This document shows, one piece after another, positions 40,956 to 53,946 of a stretch of 64,000 nt of DNA; position 1 is the first letter of the stretch, and each line of letters opens with the position of its first letter. A program made the position numbers and the translations under genes. This stretch comes from Lepidodermella squamata (taxonomy: Eukaryota; Animalia; Gastrotricha). The notes under the pieces are model-generated. The model was not told the origin of the DNA. It saw nothing but the letters and a program-made list of their open reading frames with translations, and ran no database searches. Location: positions 2,232,001-2,296,000 of the forward strand of contig JBLDXI010000015.1 of the NCBI GenBank assembly GCA_047495785.1, in the 5' to 3' direction.

Positions 40956-42128
40956 CGATCTAGTCTGGTGAAATCAGAGAGGTGGCTTAATTTGCATATT
41001 GCGATTTCTGTGTAATGTTCAAATTTCCGTCCTCCATTTTCATATTTTTCGATTTACATTCCATTTAAGGTATCTAAATTACAACTAATAATAATAATAA
41101 TAGTTTCTGCTTCAATAGGTCTGCTGTTTAAAAACGGACCTTATTGTTTCTGATGCGTCACGCACATAGGGTGACTACGCACTAATAAATGCACCAGCAC
41201 AATCGACTTTTTCGAAATTCTGATCTAGCTTCAACAAGATTCAACTACCTAATCTTGTCCAGAGTTTGATCAAACCCTAACTAATCCATTGTCTTTTTTA
41301 CAGTTTAGCTCTCCGATTTTTCTAAAAACGGTTGAATGGCTCTTAAATAAGTAAATAACTAGCTAAAAAGGGCCCTTCATATACGGCATGTCTCAAATAG
41401 TTTGTCTCCTTTTTCCACATAAGGGGCATCCATAAAGAAGGTCACGCTGAAAAGCGCAATTTCCCGACCTCCCGCCAAAGTTGACGCCTACTGCTTTCGC
41501 GTCACATTCTGGGGTCTCCCCTTTCCTTATATCGCGGGGCGGGCGGTGGGCGACAGAACATAGATCTGTGCCATGCTAAATCAATGAATTATACGGCTTA
41601 GTAACGCGATTATCATCGATAACCCGTGCTTTATCTGTTACATATCGCCACAAGAATCCGAATGAATAACTGTTGACGCGTGAAATGGCTCAGGGTGAAA
41701 ATTACGCGGCGGTCAAAATCAGGCAGAAGTCGGATAATCCTAATGAGCTTGATGAATGAGAAAGTTCAACCCTTCCGTTATAAAAAAAATTACAACTACA
41801 AAAAATCATCGCACGGCGCACTTTTAGCCATTGAATGAACGAAAATCATAATCAGTTGCGTACGCTTCTCGCACCACAATACAAACCAAATTTGCAATGA
41901 CTATAAAAAGTCATAAAAAATTCGTAATTTTGCGCTATTAGACACCCTGATCGCGAGCCAATATCCGGAAGTGATCAGAATACGAATACATTTATCCTTT
42001 CACGACTCATGCTGAGTGCAGGATCTTCTTATACCTGTGGTGAATCTCTTACGCCTCGACCAAAAAGATGCCTCCGAAATTATCACTATAGCGCAAAGGG
42101 TGATTTAAATTTGTAACCTTAGACCTTA

Positions 42129-43338
42129 ATGGATTTAAAAAAAGGTTTCGATACAAAACGCTCAGCTGAATTCGCTCATGTGATGGAATGCGACTTGTTA
42201 GAACTCGGATATCCGTCGATTGTCTCTTCCATTCTATCAAATTCTCCCGGCCTCGATTTGATCAGCAATCGCTATCAAATAGCCGCGGCCCTAAAGGACT
42301 ACGGCCAAGATGCTTTGTCTCGTGAGCAGAATCTTGCCAATATGGTTGTCAAGCTGAAATCAGAGCTGGAAGCTTGCCCGAAACCGACGGATGATCAGTT
42401 GATTGTCTCAAAGGACGAGCTCGAGCGGCTGAAAATAGACAGCTCCTTAGCAATCGACCTCCAAGAGCAACTGAAATGCAAAGCCGCGGAAATATTGAAG
42501 AATGAAGAAAATCACAAAGAGCAATTAAGCTCAATGGCTAACGAAATCGATTCATTAAAGGCCGAAATAGAGAGGCTGGTGACGAATGAGGCTTGCTTTG
42601 GTTCGACACTGTCCAAATTGGAGGAAGAACTCGCTAAAAGCCGGCGAATCGCTAAGATCTTGAGGCGTGATCTGTTTGACGAGCGGTTGAAAACGTCGAA
42701 ACTTGAACGAGAAACAGCTGATGTTCATCATCAACAATTACAAATTCCGAAAAATGAATCAGTCACTCTGCCCATGAAGATGGATTCCCCCGTGGAGATT
42801 CAACTCGAGGAGCAGAAGGCGAGCGCTCACCGTCTGGCGAATATGCTGCAGGAAAGGGACTTGACAATTGCCGACTTGCAGGAAAAGTTGGAAAAAAGCG
42901 GTAAAGAACTGAAGCAACTTATTGAAATTCAACGCATTCCCAGCTTGCTGCCCGATAATTCACAATCAAATGTAAGCTAAAACTAATAAACATATAGAGA
43001 ACTGAGCACTATTTCCGTACAACTACTTGTAATTTTTCTTTTTTCTATAGGGTGACTCCAAGGAGATCGTTGATGCATTACTGCAGCGTTTGAAGGATAG
43101 GCTGCGTCAGCTCGAAGACCCATTCCCGCTGCGAGCTTACGCTGCTGAGCGGTCGTTTGTGAAAGAATTGATCGAATCTATCAATGAATCGAAAACCCGA
43201 TTGAACATCAATAATACCGACCTTCTATCCTATTCCAGCAGCCTGAAGACGGCGCTTCCTCGCAGGTATCGGAAAAATAATCGCTTTTCGCTTTATCCTT
43301 ATCAGATAAACTGCGGCCGCGCTATCTTCAATATGTGA
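42129..43338 (+). CDS. Family A coiled-coil protein, paralogue 4 (exons 42129-42971, 43051-43338)
   Basis: AAT|GTAAGC...TATAG|GGT joins in frame with the 43090 ORF. N-domain MECDLLELGYPSIV...ALKDYGQDALSREQNL; ERSFVKELI helix; basic tail RRYRKNNR. Confidence 0.8.
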
Positions 43339-45070
43339 GTAAATAAAACACGTGTGAGGATTGAGAAAAATCTTAGCCTTGGCTTCACATTTGCTCATCA
43401 TATTTTACTTCTCTCAACAGGTTGTTTTCTCTTTCAGCTATAGAATGCCATATGCCGGCTTTGTTGTTAAAATCGATAGTAGCCGCAATAACATTTTATA
43501 ATATTTTATTTATTTATTCCAGTTATTCATTCCCACCGAACGATGATAAACCCTGTTTGACCCTTCACCAACGCTGCATGTGTTATTTATAATGTATACT
43601 GAGCGGAAGGCGATTTATAGAAGAAGCATCCACACTATGGCCACTATTGATATACGCATGTGCGCGCGCTTATTCCCGCGGTCAGGCGATTTTATAACAT
43701 TATTTCTATTATTACAGCGTATAGCTATAGATTCTCTTAGCGCTGCTGCCCAAACCGCGCCTGGTAATTTGATATTTCATTCCGCGTTTTTTTTACAGAG
43801 CGGCATAAAAATGTAAAACATACGATCGCATTGAGAACTTTTTTATTCTGCAAAAATCGATTTAATCTTGCTGAATTAGCGCGCGTAAATCGATGGCTTG
43901 CGAGCATTCTAATAGGCGCTGTTATTTCTGCAAGAATACTCATTATATGAAATGCCGGCCAAAAACACGTTTTTTCTGTATCAATGGTAAGTCCGAAAAC
44001 CATAAAGCGTATAAAATAATTTCGACATCTACATCGACTTGCACATCGGCTTATGCAATACATTTTCCGCTTTCTCGTATTAGCTCGTATTAAAGATTTT
44101 ACATATTATCAATGTTTGACATTGTTGTATTTCAAAATTTAATTATTCTAGGTACAATCTAATTCCCTGCTATCTGAGCGCATATCAAATGTCCACTTAA
44201 TTCTGCTATTTCACTAAAATATTTTACTTTTTCTCTGTATGAGAAACGCCGACAGGTCGAATAATGCATAATCGAGTGCTTGTAATTGCGACCGGAGGAG
44301 AAATAAGCAAACTCACTACCATATTTCGGCCAAGGCCTGAAAAATCGTCACATATTTTGTTATTCGAAGTGCCTTCCCACTCTCACGATCATTACTTTTT
44401 AAACTCCATCTGAATATTTGATTTCATTAAACATTCACTCATTACTCATATTCGGCCTATATATATCGCAGAAAATTTATGAAGAAGAAATGTCAGCAAT
44501 ATCGTGCACAATGAGAGAACATGAACCTCAACAGTTATGCCTTTTGACATGAATTTGCGGCCTTACTACAACAAACAACCGCACGCAAAAGGCCTAATAT
44601 AGCCAGGTAAATTAATTGCACACATGCAATATATACCTCTCATTTACAAGTTATATCATGTGAAGCGGCTATAAAACGACGCGGCTTCTATTCAACCACA
44701 CACCGATGCATACAACAGTTTGCGATTGATGAGTGCAGCCCGGGGTCATGCTGCAAGCTATTTCATATGCCGCGAGTGCGTTTTGAGCCGCTCGCGCTAA
44801 TGAATTCGCTTATATACTACATCAAGCCGCAAAATGCGGAGGCGAATTTGGCAACGGCAGCGTCGTAATAACTTGAAAGCGCCGTAAACATAACCAATAC
44901 AGCGGCGGGAGGCTGCAAACCCCGTGAAACAATACGGTAAAAACAGAAGGCTGCAAACCCTACGTCGATGTGAACGCAGAGTCTATATAAGCCTCGAAAA
45001 ACAGGCTTGCCGCTGCCATTCGTGCGCATGCTTGCTAATACGAAAGAAGCATCACGCTATTCATCTCACC

Positions 45071-45778
45071 ATGGCGCAGTCACGATCCCCACAACGCTCG
45101 AGCCTATCTACCGAGGAGCGGCTACGCATTGAGCTTAACGAAGTCACAGAAGAGCTCAAGGCCGCTGAACGCAAATTCATCCAACACGTAGATCCATTGA
45201 GCAGACTTCAACGAGAGCAAGCTGCCCAAATTTCGAGCCTGAAAAATGCGGTGGGGCAATTGGACGACATCAATCGCCGCCAGAGCGACAGAATCAAGAC
45301 GCTGGAAGCAGCTTTACTGCGGGCGGTTTGCAATCGCGAGAATACATCAACGCAATGCACTGATTCTCCTGCCGCAGTCATAAAACTGGCTCTGGAAAAG
45401 GAAGTCCTGCAGTCAAAGCTTGGAGAAATCGAGCGATATCTCATCAAAAAATTGCTCGAAGCTGAGAAAACCTCTGAAATAACCGATCCTTACCTGAAGA
45501 AATGGCGCGAGAAAAAGGGATCATACGTCAAGCCGAAAAGTGAACCGGTCGAGCCGTTGAACCAACATGAACCTGGAAACAACACACCGGCGAAAGGCTG
45601 TTTAAAGCGAAAAGGTGAGTTTAACAAAGACGAGCCATCAACTAGCAAACGAGCCACCGTCTCCACCTCAACGGAATCAGTGGAACAAAGGCGCTCAGAA
45701 ATTCCGCGAAAAACCAGAAGCCAAATTCAGACCCTTCGATCCGAGAAAAATGGATGGAAATGGCTGCCATCGAAATAA
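45071..45778 (+). CDS. Single-exon coiled-coil protein with a basic disordered C-terminus (orphan)
   Basis: ACCATGG start context within the 284-aa ORF. Heptads in the N-terminal half; KRK...KR patch. Confidence 0.65.
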   Translation: MAQSRSPQRSSLSTEERLRIELNEVTEELKAAERKFIQHVDPLSRLQREQAAQISSLKNAVGQLDDINRRQSDRIKTLEAALLRAVCNRENTSTQCTDSPAAVIKLALEKEVLQSKLGEIERYLIKKLLEAEKTSEITDPYLKKWREKKGSYVKPKSEPVEPLNQHEPGNNTPAKGCLKRKGEFNKDEPSTSKRATVSTSTESVEQRRSEIPRKTRSQIQTLRSEKNGWKWLPSK

Positions 45779-48700
45779 CAGAACAAGACCAGATTTACAA
45801 GGCACCGTGGTGCCATAAATAGACCTGAAATAGGTCTATCAAACATGATTCTCACCAGTGAAACCCTAAACCGTTAAGGGAAAAAGACTTGATGTATTTC
45901 GCACCTATTTTATCTTGTGCCAAGTCGCAATACCTTGCCTTTTGCATGTATCTTGTGTTTCTACCGAGATGTTGTTTGTAAAAAAGTATGTGCTCAATTG
46001 TTTCTCTCATTATTAGGATCTTTCTGTTATGAATTATAATTATTTGCGACTTTTCCTGTTCGTCTTGATATCTATCGTGAGTTTTCTTTTCTTGGCCGCG
46101 TGAATTAGAATAAATGCCTCCTTCAACAGGATCCGAGTCCATCATCTGACCGAACAGCCAGGAGACAGCAGAATATCCGATTGAGAAATTCAAGGGCCCG
46201 GCTTGCGCGTTTGATTCGTTTGATTCATTGCGAATCATTCGCGCAACCACCCTTGTATGGTCAATCTGCTGATCAAACGAACCACTGCACTGTCCAGCAA
46301 CGCAAGTTCTTACCTAAATGCACGCTAGTTATGCAGTGTTACGCATGGCCCACTCGAAGATAATCAGAGCTGATCGCTGATTTTGATGAAACAAAATTTC
46401 ATCCATTTCCGAGTCACACTATCACGTTCGGAAAGGGGGAGGATTACGTTGCAGCACATTCCTTTGAATTTCATTGACAGCCGAAAAACATGAGGAGCCG
46501 TACCTGTGAAACATTTTCGAGAGAGAACCGATATTTCTGCTTCCGATTGTTTTTCAAGTGTTGAGATTTCGTGAGAGTTCGGAGTTTGATTGAATGGATT
46601 TGAACTCATCGAATCGAAGCGGAACATCATTGATCTTCGGGTGCACGCATGAGATGCATGGGTTTTTCCTGAAACAGCTTATAATGTCAGCTTTGTACTA
46701 GCAGCCTATATCAGCAAATAACATCAGTTTTAGTTTCAATATTTTAAATGGATTTTTATTTTGGATTGGAATACTGTTATGTAAACTTCACAGCCCGTAA
46801 ACTCACAATATGAGATATCCTTTCGATTTGATGAGTTTGATATTAACTCATGTTAATATTTAGAGTTTCCGAATGTTGATGATGGTTGACAGCCTAATTT
46901 TTATTTTGGTGTGTATTGTCGGATTTTCGTGTTTCAGCCGGTTGTTGCGTTGGGTAATATTGATACCAAATTGTCGGACGGTTCGAGAAAGAGTAATTCA
47001 GAAGTTTCCTCATCTCTCCTAACAGGAACCGTCAATATTCAAGGAAATTCAAGAGGCATTAGAACCAGCAAAAAACAACTAAATAATTTGCCTACCTGGC
47101 CTTTAAGCCGATGATGAATTAGCATACCAAAGAGAATTATTTCCATGGTCTCGTAGGCTGGCAATGATGGTCTCATAACGGAGATTTACGAGTTACAATT
47201 TACATAATATTAAAACTATAGCTAATTCACAACCCATCACTGCTCTGCTTTGTAACTGATTTTGTATTGATGAATCGCGGTTTTATTCCTGTTCGAAATC
47301 ATGTGACGCCCGGGAACCAGCACGTGTTTACATAAACACGCGTCTCCACCTTTAGTTAGGCTATATGGTAAACATAACTTACAATTTGAATACAAAATTG
47401 TTGAAACTATTCGCCGACACGATTTGGTGTTTTCTGCTTATTTCCGCTCATTTCGCTGTACGAGCTTGATGAAAGAGCCACCCTTCTACTGAAGCACATG
47501 TTTCCAATTAGAGTAACTTACTTTATTATTTCGCCGTGTTTTCTTGTAACTCCTAATGGTCTGCGGACGTGGCCGTTGATGAAATGCGTGTTCATTATGT
47601 TGTTCTGATTTAGGCTTACCCACTGGTTTTAAGTTCCCGCCACTAGCTAGTGCTGCCTTATTCAAATTTATCAGACCACTACTGTTGTTTAATCCAAATC
47701 CCGCGCTTAAATCAGACGAACGCGCGCTATCGCACGTTCGTTGAGTGTTACACTGCGTTACGCCGCGCGCACTTGAATTCCACCTCAATAATACGGCTCA
47801 AGTGCGAATTGTTACGCGCGCACGCCATCGCGCGCAAATCGCGGCGCTCTGAGTGAGCCTCCATGCTGTGCCACTAGCGCCACATCTTCAACCCTGTATT
47901 ACCACATTTCCATGTAGATGGGCATCAGTCTCACATGACGCGATATGTGACACTAACAACGAGGTCGGTAGTTTACATCCTCAATGCATCAAATTTTAGC
48001 ATACAGAAATGTAATTTTGATATAGATAATTCTAAAGAAAATCCTTTTAAAATGTAAGTCAGCAATACCCGCATAGATTTTAATTTTAATTCGACGCCTT
48101 TATATTATATCAGACTTTGACCCAAAATGCGTTCTATGTTGTTCGCGCGCGGCCTAAAATAAAGAGTAGCTCTAGTCAAATATAGTGTTAATTACATCCA
48201 GGTTGCTTCTATTTCGAGGGCAACAGCGAATTTTTCCTTGAGGCTATGCCTGATATTATTGTATTCATAAGTGCATTATGTTCACTTTTGGCTTGTTATT
48301 TTATTACCAAGACGCGCAATAAAACCGCGACACCTTATATATCATGACTTGGTCATTAATCCTGAGTACGTTCTGTTGACTATTTTTTATGTTCGTAACC
48401 AAATGACACTACAGTCGCTTGTAGCCATTTTCCTTCTCTTTTAAAAAATAAACGCTGCGTTCGAGAAATGATTCACCTGGAAAACAACAACAAATTCTGC
48501 GTGGTTTCGCCACCTGGTCTTCAGCCAATTTTCGATGTGTTTTCTCAACAAAGCTTATTCACGATTTTTCACCTCGGGCGAAAGCGGTTGAAAGTCGCCG
48601 TGAAATTACTGTGTATGTCAAAATGATTTTCTTTCGAAATTTGTTATTTCTTGTACTTACTAATCCTACTAATCTACAAACGAAAATTCTAATTTCAAAT

Positions 48701-48932
48701 GCAACATCTGGCGAGTGTTTCGTGTTTTCGACCTGTGTTATGCAGTCATTTCTGACAAACAAAAATAGGTCAGCAATTCTGCGCTTGTTATCAACTTTGT
48801 CAAGATTAGATAGTTTTACGTCAGCGTTCAAAGACCTTCTCGATCTATGTCGTTTTTACTTTTGACTTTCATCTTCACTCATTTGTTGAAATGATTTCTT
48901 CGTTTTCGTAGGGTTATTATGACTTCTGGTTG

Positions 48933-51418
48933 ATGCATGGTAATCACCACAACAGCGCAGGCTCCGGGTCTCGGCACGGGCTGCCAGCCGGCGACCTTTC
49001 TTCGTCTTCAGCCACCAACAGTGTGGAAACACGCGTCCGCAAACTGATTGAAAACACCTTACGCGAATGTCACGCTCCGGAAGTTTTGCTGGAGGCGATG
49101 GCCAAGTTTTCCCCGCCTATAGATCTAGTCGAGGCAATCGGCATGTTTGCAGTGGAGCGGAACATGCTGGAGTCCGAGCTGCAAGATTTGATCGTGAAAA
49201 CCAAGTCCGAACGCGATGATTTGAAATCAGCGGTTGAGATGAAGTCAATGGTACCGCGGTCAGAGTATGAACGCGTTCTGGAGGAAAGGCGAATCGCAGA
49301 GGAGCGAGCTTCGACTTACGCTGAAGATATTGCTAATCGAAATGTGGAGGTTGAACGTTATCAGAAAGAAGTTGGCCAATTGAACGGCTTCATCCAACAG
49401 CACCTCGACGCGATCGATAGGATAGCTCGCGAGAAGCATGACTTGATCAAAGAAAACAACCACCTGAAGTCCCAAGTCACTACCCCTGCCGATCAGTCTC
49501 AACTTCCAAGAATTATTCAACTCGGCAATCAGCTTCAGGCGGCTCGAAAAGAGATTGCTGAGCTGACAAAAAACAACTCGGATTTAACCAAGCGCAATGA
49601 AGAGTTGGCAAGTCAAGTGGAAACTGCTCGAAAGGCTGATCAAACTCTTAGAATAAAAGAATTGGAGCTGAAGTTGTTCGACAAAGCGAAGGCTGGTGCT
49701 TTGCTCAGCCAAATGAACTCGGAAAAGCAGTCATTGATCGAAAGGCAAAACGATCAAATCGTCAATCTCCACAAAGAGCTCGATGCTCTGAAGCAATCGC
49801 AGAAGTCTTTAGCCCCGATGGCGGAGGTTGAGGCTCTCAAGCGAGAAGTCACGATGTTGAAACTTGAAAATGGTCAGAAGCTTGGCTTGATCGAGGAGAA
49901 GACGCGGCAAATCTCAGACCTAGAGTCAGAATTACGCGCGAAGAACGATGAGATAACCCGTGTTACGAATATGAACAAGGGCTCTGCAAAGCAAATATCC
50001 GAATCGCAAGCCGAATGCAAAAAGCTGAAGCAAGACTACGCTACGCTGAAGTCTAAATCTGAGGAGGAATTGGCAAGTCTTCAGCAGAAAAAGCAAGACC
50101 TGGCCGCTGCTGTTTCAAAAATCGAAAAGTTGGAGGAAGAAATCGTTCGATTGAAACGAGATGTCACAGTCCTCGATGCTGAGAAGACGCTAAACAAGAC
50201 GAAGTATGCGTCGGAAAAGCGAAGCTATGCTGACTACCACGCGAAAGCTTCGGGAAAAATTGAGTTCTTGAAAAAGGAGAACGATATGTTCAAGAAACAT
50301 ATAGAAGAATTGAAGGGGAAGCTTCGTAACTCTGGTAGCACGCCGAGTGACACTGCGGCCGGTGCAACCCCGATTATAGCAACTCCCGAGGAGCCTGTTT
50401 TCGAACAGCAAACACCCGAACATGACTCCTCGCCTAGTTCTTCCGCCAAGGTGCGAAGAATTTCAGGTAGATTTTCGTTATTTAATATTGTCAGACTCTT
50501 ATTGTGACTAATTTGAATTCAGCTCCCGTTGTGAGTTCCTTCTTGAGCCCTGAGAGCACCTCTGCTCCGAGTCTTCTTGACCCCGAGGAACTGGATCAAC
50601 TCAACAATACGTTGACGCAGCTTGTCGGGGTTAACAACTCTCAAAAGTTGGAAATCGAAAAACTGCGTAGCGAAATCGACCGGCTCAACGCTAGGCTTGA
50701 CGAATCGAACGATCTCACTGCTGAACGCGACAAGTTGAAAGAAGATCTTGCGAAGAAGACCGAAGAGGCGGATGTAGGAATTTCAATACTTCTTTTTACA
50801 CATTTTATTTTAATTTGTTATCAGACATTGTTGAAGCGAAAGCAAGAAATCGAGGACAAGTTGTTCAATTTGGAACGTCGTCTCGGTCAGCATATTATCA
50901 AACTGGAAAATACAAGGTCGTACCATGAATTCGATCTCTATCAAGAGCGCCGTTTCCTCGAAACTGTTCTTCGCGAGCTGAATATTGGCAGTATCGAAGA
51001 TGGTGAATGCATATCTTTGATTGACGAGGCTTCGAATAAGTACGACGGGTCAGTTTCTTTGGCTCAAAATCCGGTGAAGCCTGAAGCTGATAGTTTGCCC
51101 GGCCCTGAAATACCGAGACCGCCGAGCAGCGATAATTCTATGGAGTTGCCGAGTCATAACCCCTATTTGAGGCCTTGCATTTCTCCCGAGGTCGTACCTT
51201 CGCTCTATGATTCCCGCGATAATCGAGCTCGCGACGATTTGAGATCTGAAATTCGTACTTCAATGCATCCGCGCGGAACTGGTTTTCGCGGCAGACCTTT
51301 TCGCGCTCGCAGTCCGATGAGAGGTAGAGCTAGTCACGGATCTGGCCCGGTGTTCAGACCGAGAGGTGGCAGTCTGTATAAGCCCTACAACACGTACAGA
51401 CGAAACGAGAGGAACTGA
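48933..51418 (+). CDS. Family A coiled-coil protein, paralogue 5 (exons 48933-50466, 50523-50773, 50825-51418)
   Basis: About 400 aa of heptads. TCAG|GTAGAT...TTCAG|CT phase-1 intron, plus a 51-nt in-frame AT-rich intron at 50774-50824. ERRFLETVL helix; RG/RGG tail. Confidence 0.85.
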
Positions 51419-51831
51419 AATCTGGAGAATTCTTGAGGCTCATTGAGGCATCAATCTCGACACAGACGCTAAACACGGATTACGTGGATCTACGGACGCT
51501 GAAACAGAGTCACGTTTTCTAACATTTTTGCTCTATGCTACCTGTATAAATAGCTGCTTTTTATTGTTGAGCCTAGATGTGTTATGTATCTTGCCAGTCT
51601 CCTGTCATTGTATTATCAGCAGAGTACTGTTTTTAATCGAATCTTGCCGAAGAATTGTATTGATAGATTGCATGAATCAAACCGCGCGTGTCTGGTTTTC
51701 TATTATTTGCTTTGGAGTGCAAATAAAATGTCAATGTTAATTCGACCAAAGATTTATTATTGAAATGGGGCGAATCAAGCGGCCGAAACGACTTTCTTAA
51801 TGAGTTAGTTTATCAGCCTCACTCTCGATCT

Positions 51832-52104
51832 TCACTTTCGTGCCTCGTTTTCTGAACTGATCGATTCATTCCGAATTGCCACAGCCCACCTAACGTGCTT
51901 TGGCTTGGCCGGAGGGCGGTTGCGTTTCAGAGGAATCAAGCAGATCCATCTGTAGACGTATCCATCGTCGGAATCGCCATGCCCTATCTGAGTGGTGACA
52001 ACAACCATTGGCGTTGCTCTTCCAGCAAGTGAGTCGCCTTCAATTAACACGCCCTGTGTCACCATGGCCTGGACGGTACGGTCGTAGCAAGAAGTTCGAA
52101 CCAT
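51832..52104 (-). pseudogene. C-terminal fragment of a family B gene
   Basis: QGVLIEGD...MVVVTT...YVYRWICLIPL...PKHVRWAVAIR matches QGVLIDGD...MIVATT...YAARWIRLIPM...PREVKWALAMWK of the neighbouring gene. No upstream coding region is recognisable. Confidence 0.7.
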
Positions 52105-52412
52105 CTCGCCTCATAATAATGTACTCATGAATTTTTCTGTAAAAACGTAGAGCCAGACTGTAGTTTTCGAGTGTTTGACTCAATGGGCGGTCAAGCATCG
52201 GAGAACACAAGTTTTGAATCCAATAACTTGAAAGTTTAAGGTAGATTTTTTTAAACTTGCCAGTAAAACAAAAAACTAATGTCCATTAGGCGATATTATT
52301 ATGCCCTGTTCAAATATTCGTAAACTTTCGCTCGGCATTTTATTTAATTGGCGAACAAAAATGCGAGTCGTAATATCTTCGATGTGAAAAAATGATTCTT
52401 AGCAGCTACCAA

Positions 52413-53946
52413 TCAATATGTTGCCGCTGCTTCCTCTTCTGGCGATAACAGCGGTTTCCACATTGCAAGAGCCCATTTTACTTCACGAGGATCATCCAGG
52501 GTTACGTCTGGGTACTTTTCTTGGTATTTTAACATCGGAATCAGCCTGATCCAGCGAGCAGCGTATTCATTCTCGAAAATTACCGCTTTCGCCTCTGTTG
52601 TAGCAACAATCATTATTTGCGAGTTACCCACACTAGTATCACCATCGATTAGGACACCCTGCGATGCTACTATCATTATTCGCCCGTCTTCTAGCATCAT
52701 GACTTCAGTGGGCAGGTGCACTAATGCCCAATCAACTGGCGGTGGAGACTCTCCTGGCCCTCGTTTTTCAAAGGGCGACTTGCCATCTCGAGCCATTCGA
52801 ACAACAGCGCACCACACTGCACGAATCGTTCCAGGCAACTTGGTACTAATGCCGAAATATCGATTATTAGGCTGACTAGTAAAGTAATCTCTAATTTCAT
52901 CGAGAGCGTCATATTCCTGCTCAGCTACTTTCATAATTTTTGGGATTGCGTCTTTGAATATACCCAAGCAATAATTAGCAATCGCTGGTTGGTTCATAAC
53001 TAGCATTGGATGGGGCTTTGCAAACGGCCGTTCGAAATTGATGGAAAATTCAGGACCCACCATTCTTTTTCCCAGTAGAATTTTCAGGAGAATCGCTCGA
53101 TTGTTGAGATCTTCAAATGTTTGAACAGCCAGCCAGTGATCGTGCATCCAAACTGCTGCATCGTGGTCGTCACATACGTAATTATCTCGTTCAATAAAAT
53201 TTTGTAGAAACATTGCGTTCAGAGTTTTGCAGTATGTTTTCAACCGGAGTGAGGGCCAGTGTTGCGGTAATACGCCAACTTCGTATCTATTTAGATTAAG
53301 CGTCGTTTTTCTCAGGTAATAAGAATCATCTGCGTCAGCTTTAGTAATCGCCGGGTAGAGATGGCGCCGAGTTAGGCTCTCCGAGAGGAAACAATTAGTC
53401 AAAACAACTTCGCCAACGTATTCGTTCATCATTCGATAGAAGACCAGAGCTTGATCGAATGTGCCGAAAATTAGCGTGACTGTTTTTGCTCTTGAGCCGG
53501 CAGCAGGAGCACCAATAAAGCCTATGAACCCTGTTTTTGTGCGTGGGTCTTCCATTATTTCGATCAGAGTAGCATCATGTTCAAGGAAGAATCTCTGCGC
53601 CCATCGGTTTCGATTTTCAGAGTGGAAAACTTTGATACTGCGTGAATAAGTAGATGATCTGGTCCTATTGCTTGTTTTTATTGCTATTTCGTAGTGAACA
53701 GTTAACAGGGCATTGATTCTACCATCGTTGAGAAAAGTATCCTTCTCAGCAATTTTATACCCCATCAACTGAGCGCTTCCAACAGTCTAATTCAATATCT
53801 TCAGCTGATTCAGAATGAGACGAAAGAAATGATTAACCTACCCGTCTCTCCATGACACTAGGTGCCAAGGCTTGTAGTTCATCGAACGCCTTCTCGGAAG
53901 TAGCATGGAAACGATCTTGATAGGGCAGATTTACGTTGTTAGCCAT
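52413..53946 (-). CDS. Family B protein of unknown function, paralogue 1 (exons 53946-53842, 53786-52413)
   Basis: 105-nt exon 1, 55-nt GT-AG intron, then the long ORF. Shares many motifs with 61219-62822. Confidence 0.85.

Noticed and set aside
41421-41470. TAAGGGGCATCCATAAAGAAGGTCACGC, resembling a MITE terminus
   Set aside because: No matching second end was found.
22078-51418. Calling family A lamins, myosins or LINE ORF1/gag proteins
   Set aside because: No intermediate-filament consensus, CaaX, motor, RRM or CCHC motif, and no adjacent reverse transcriptase. The genes have spliceosomal introns.
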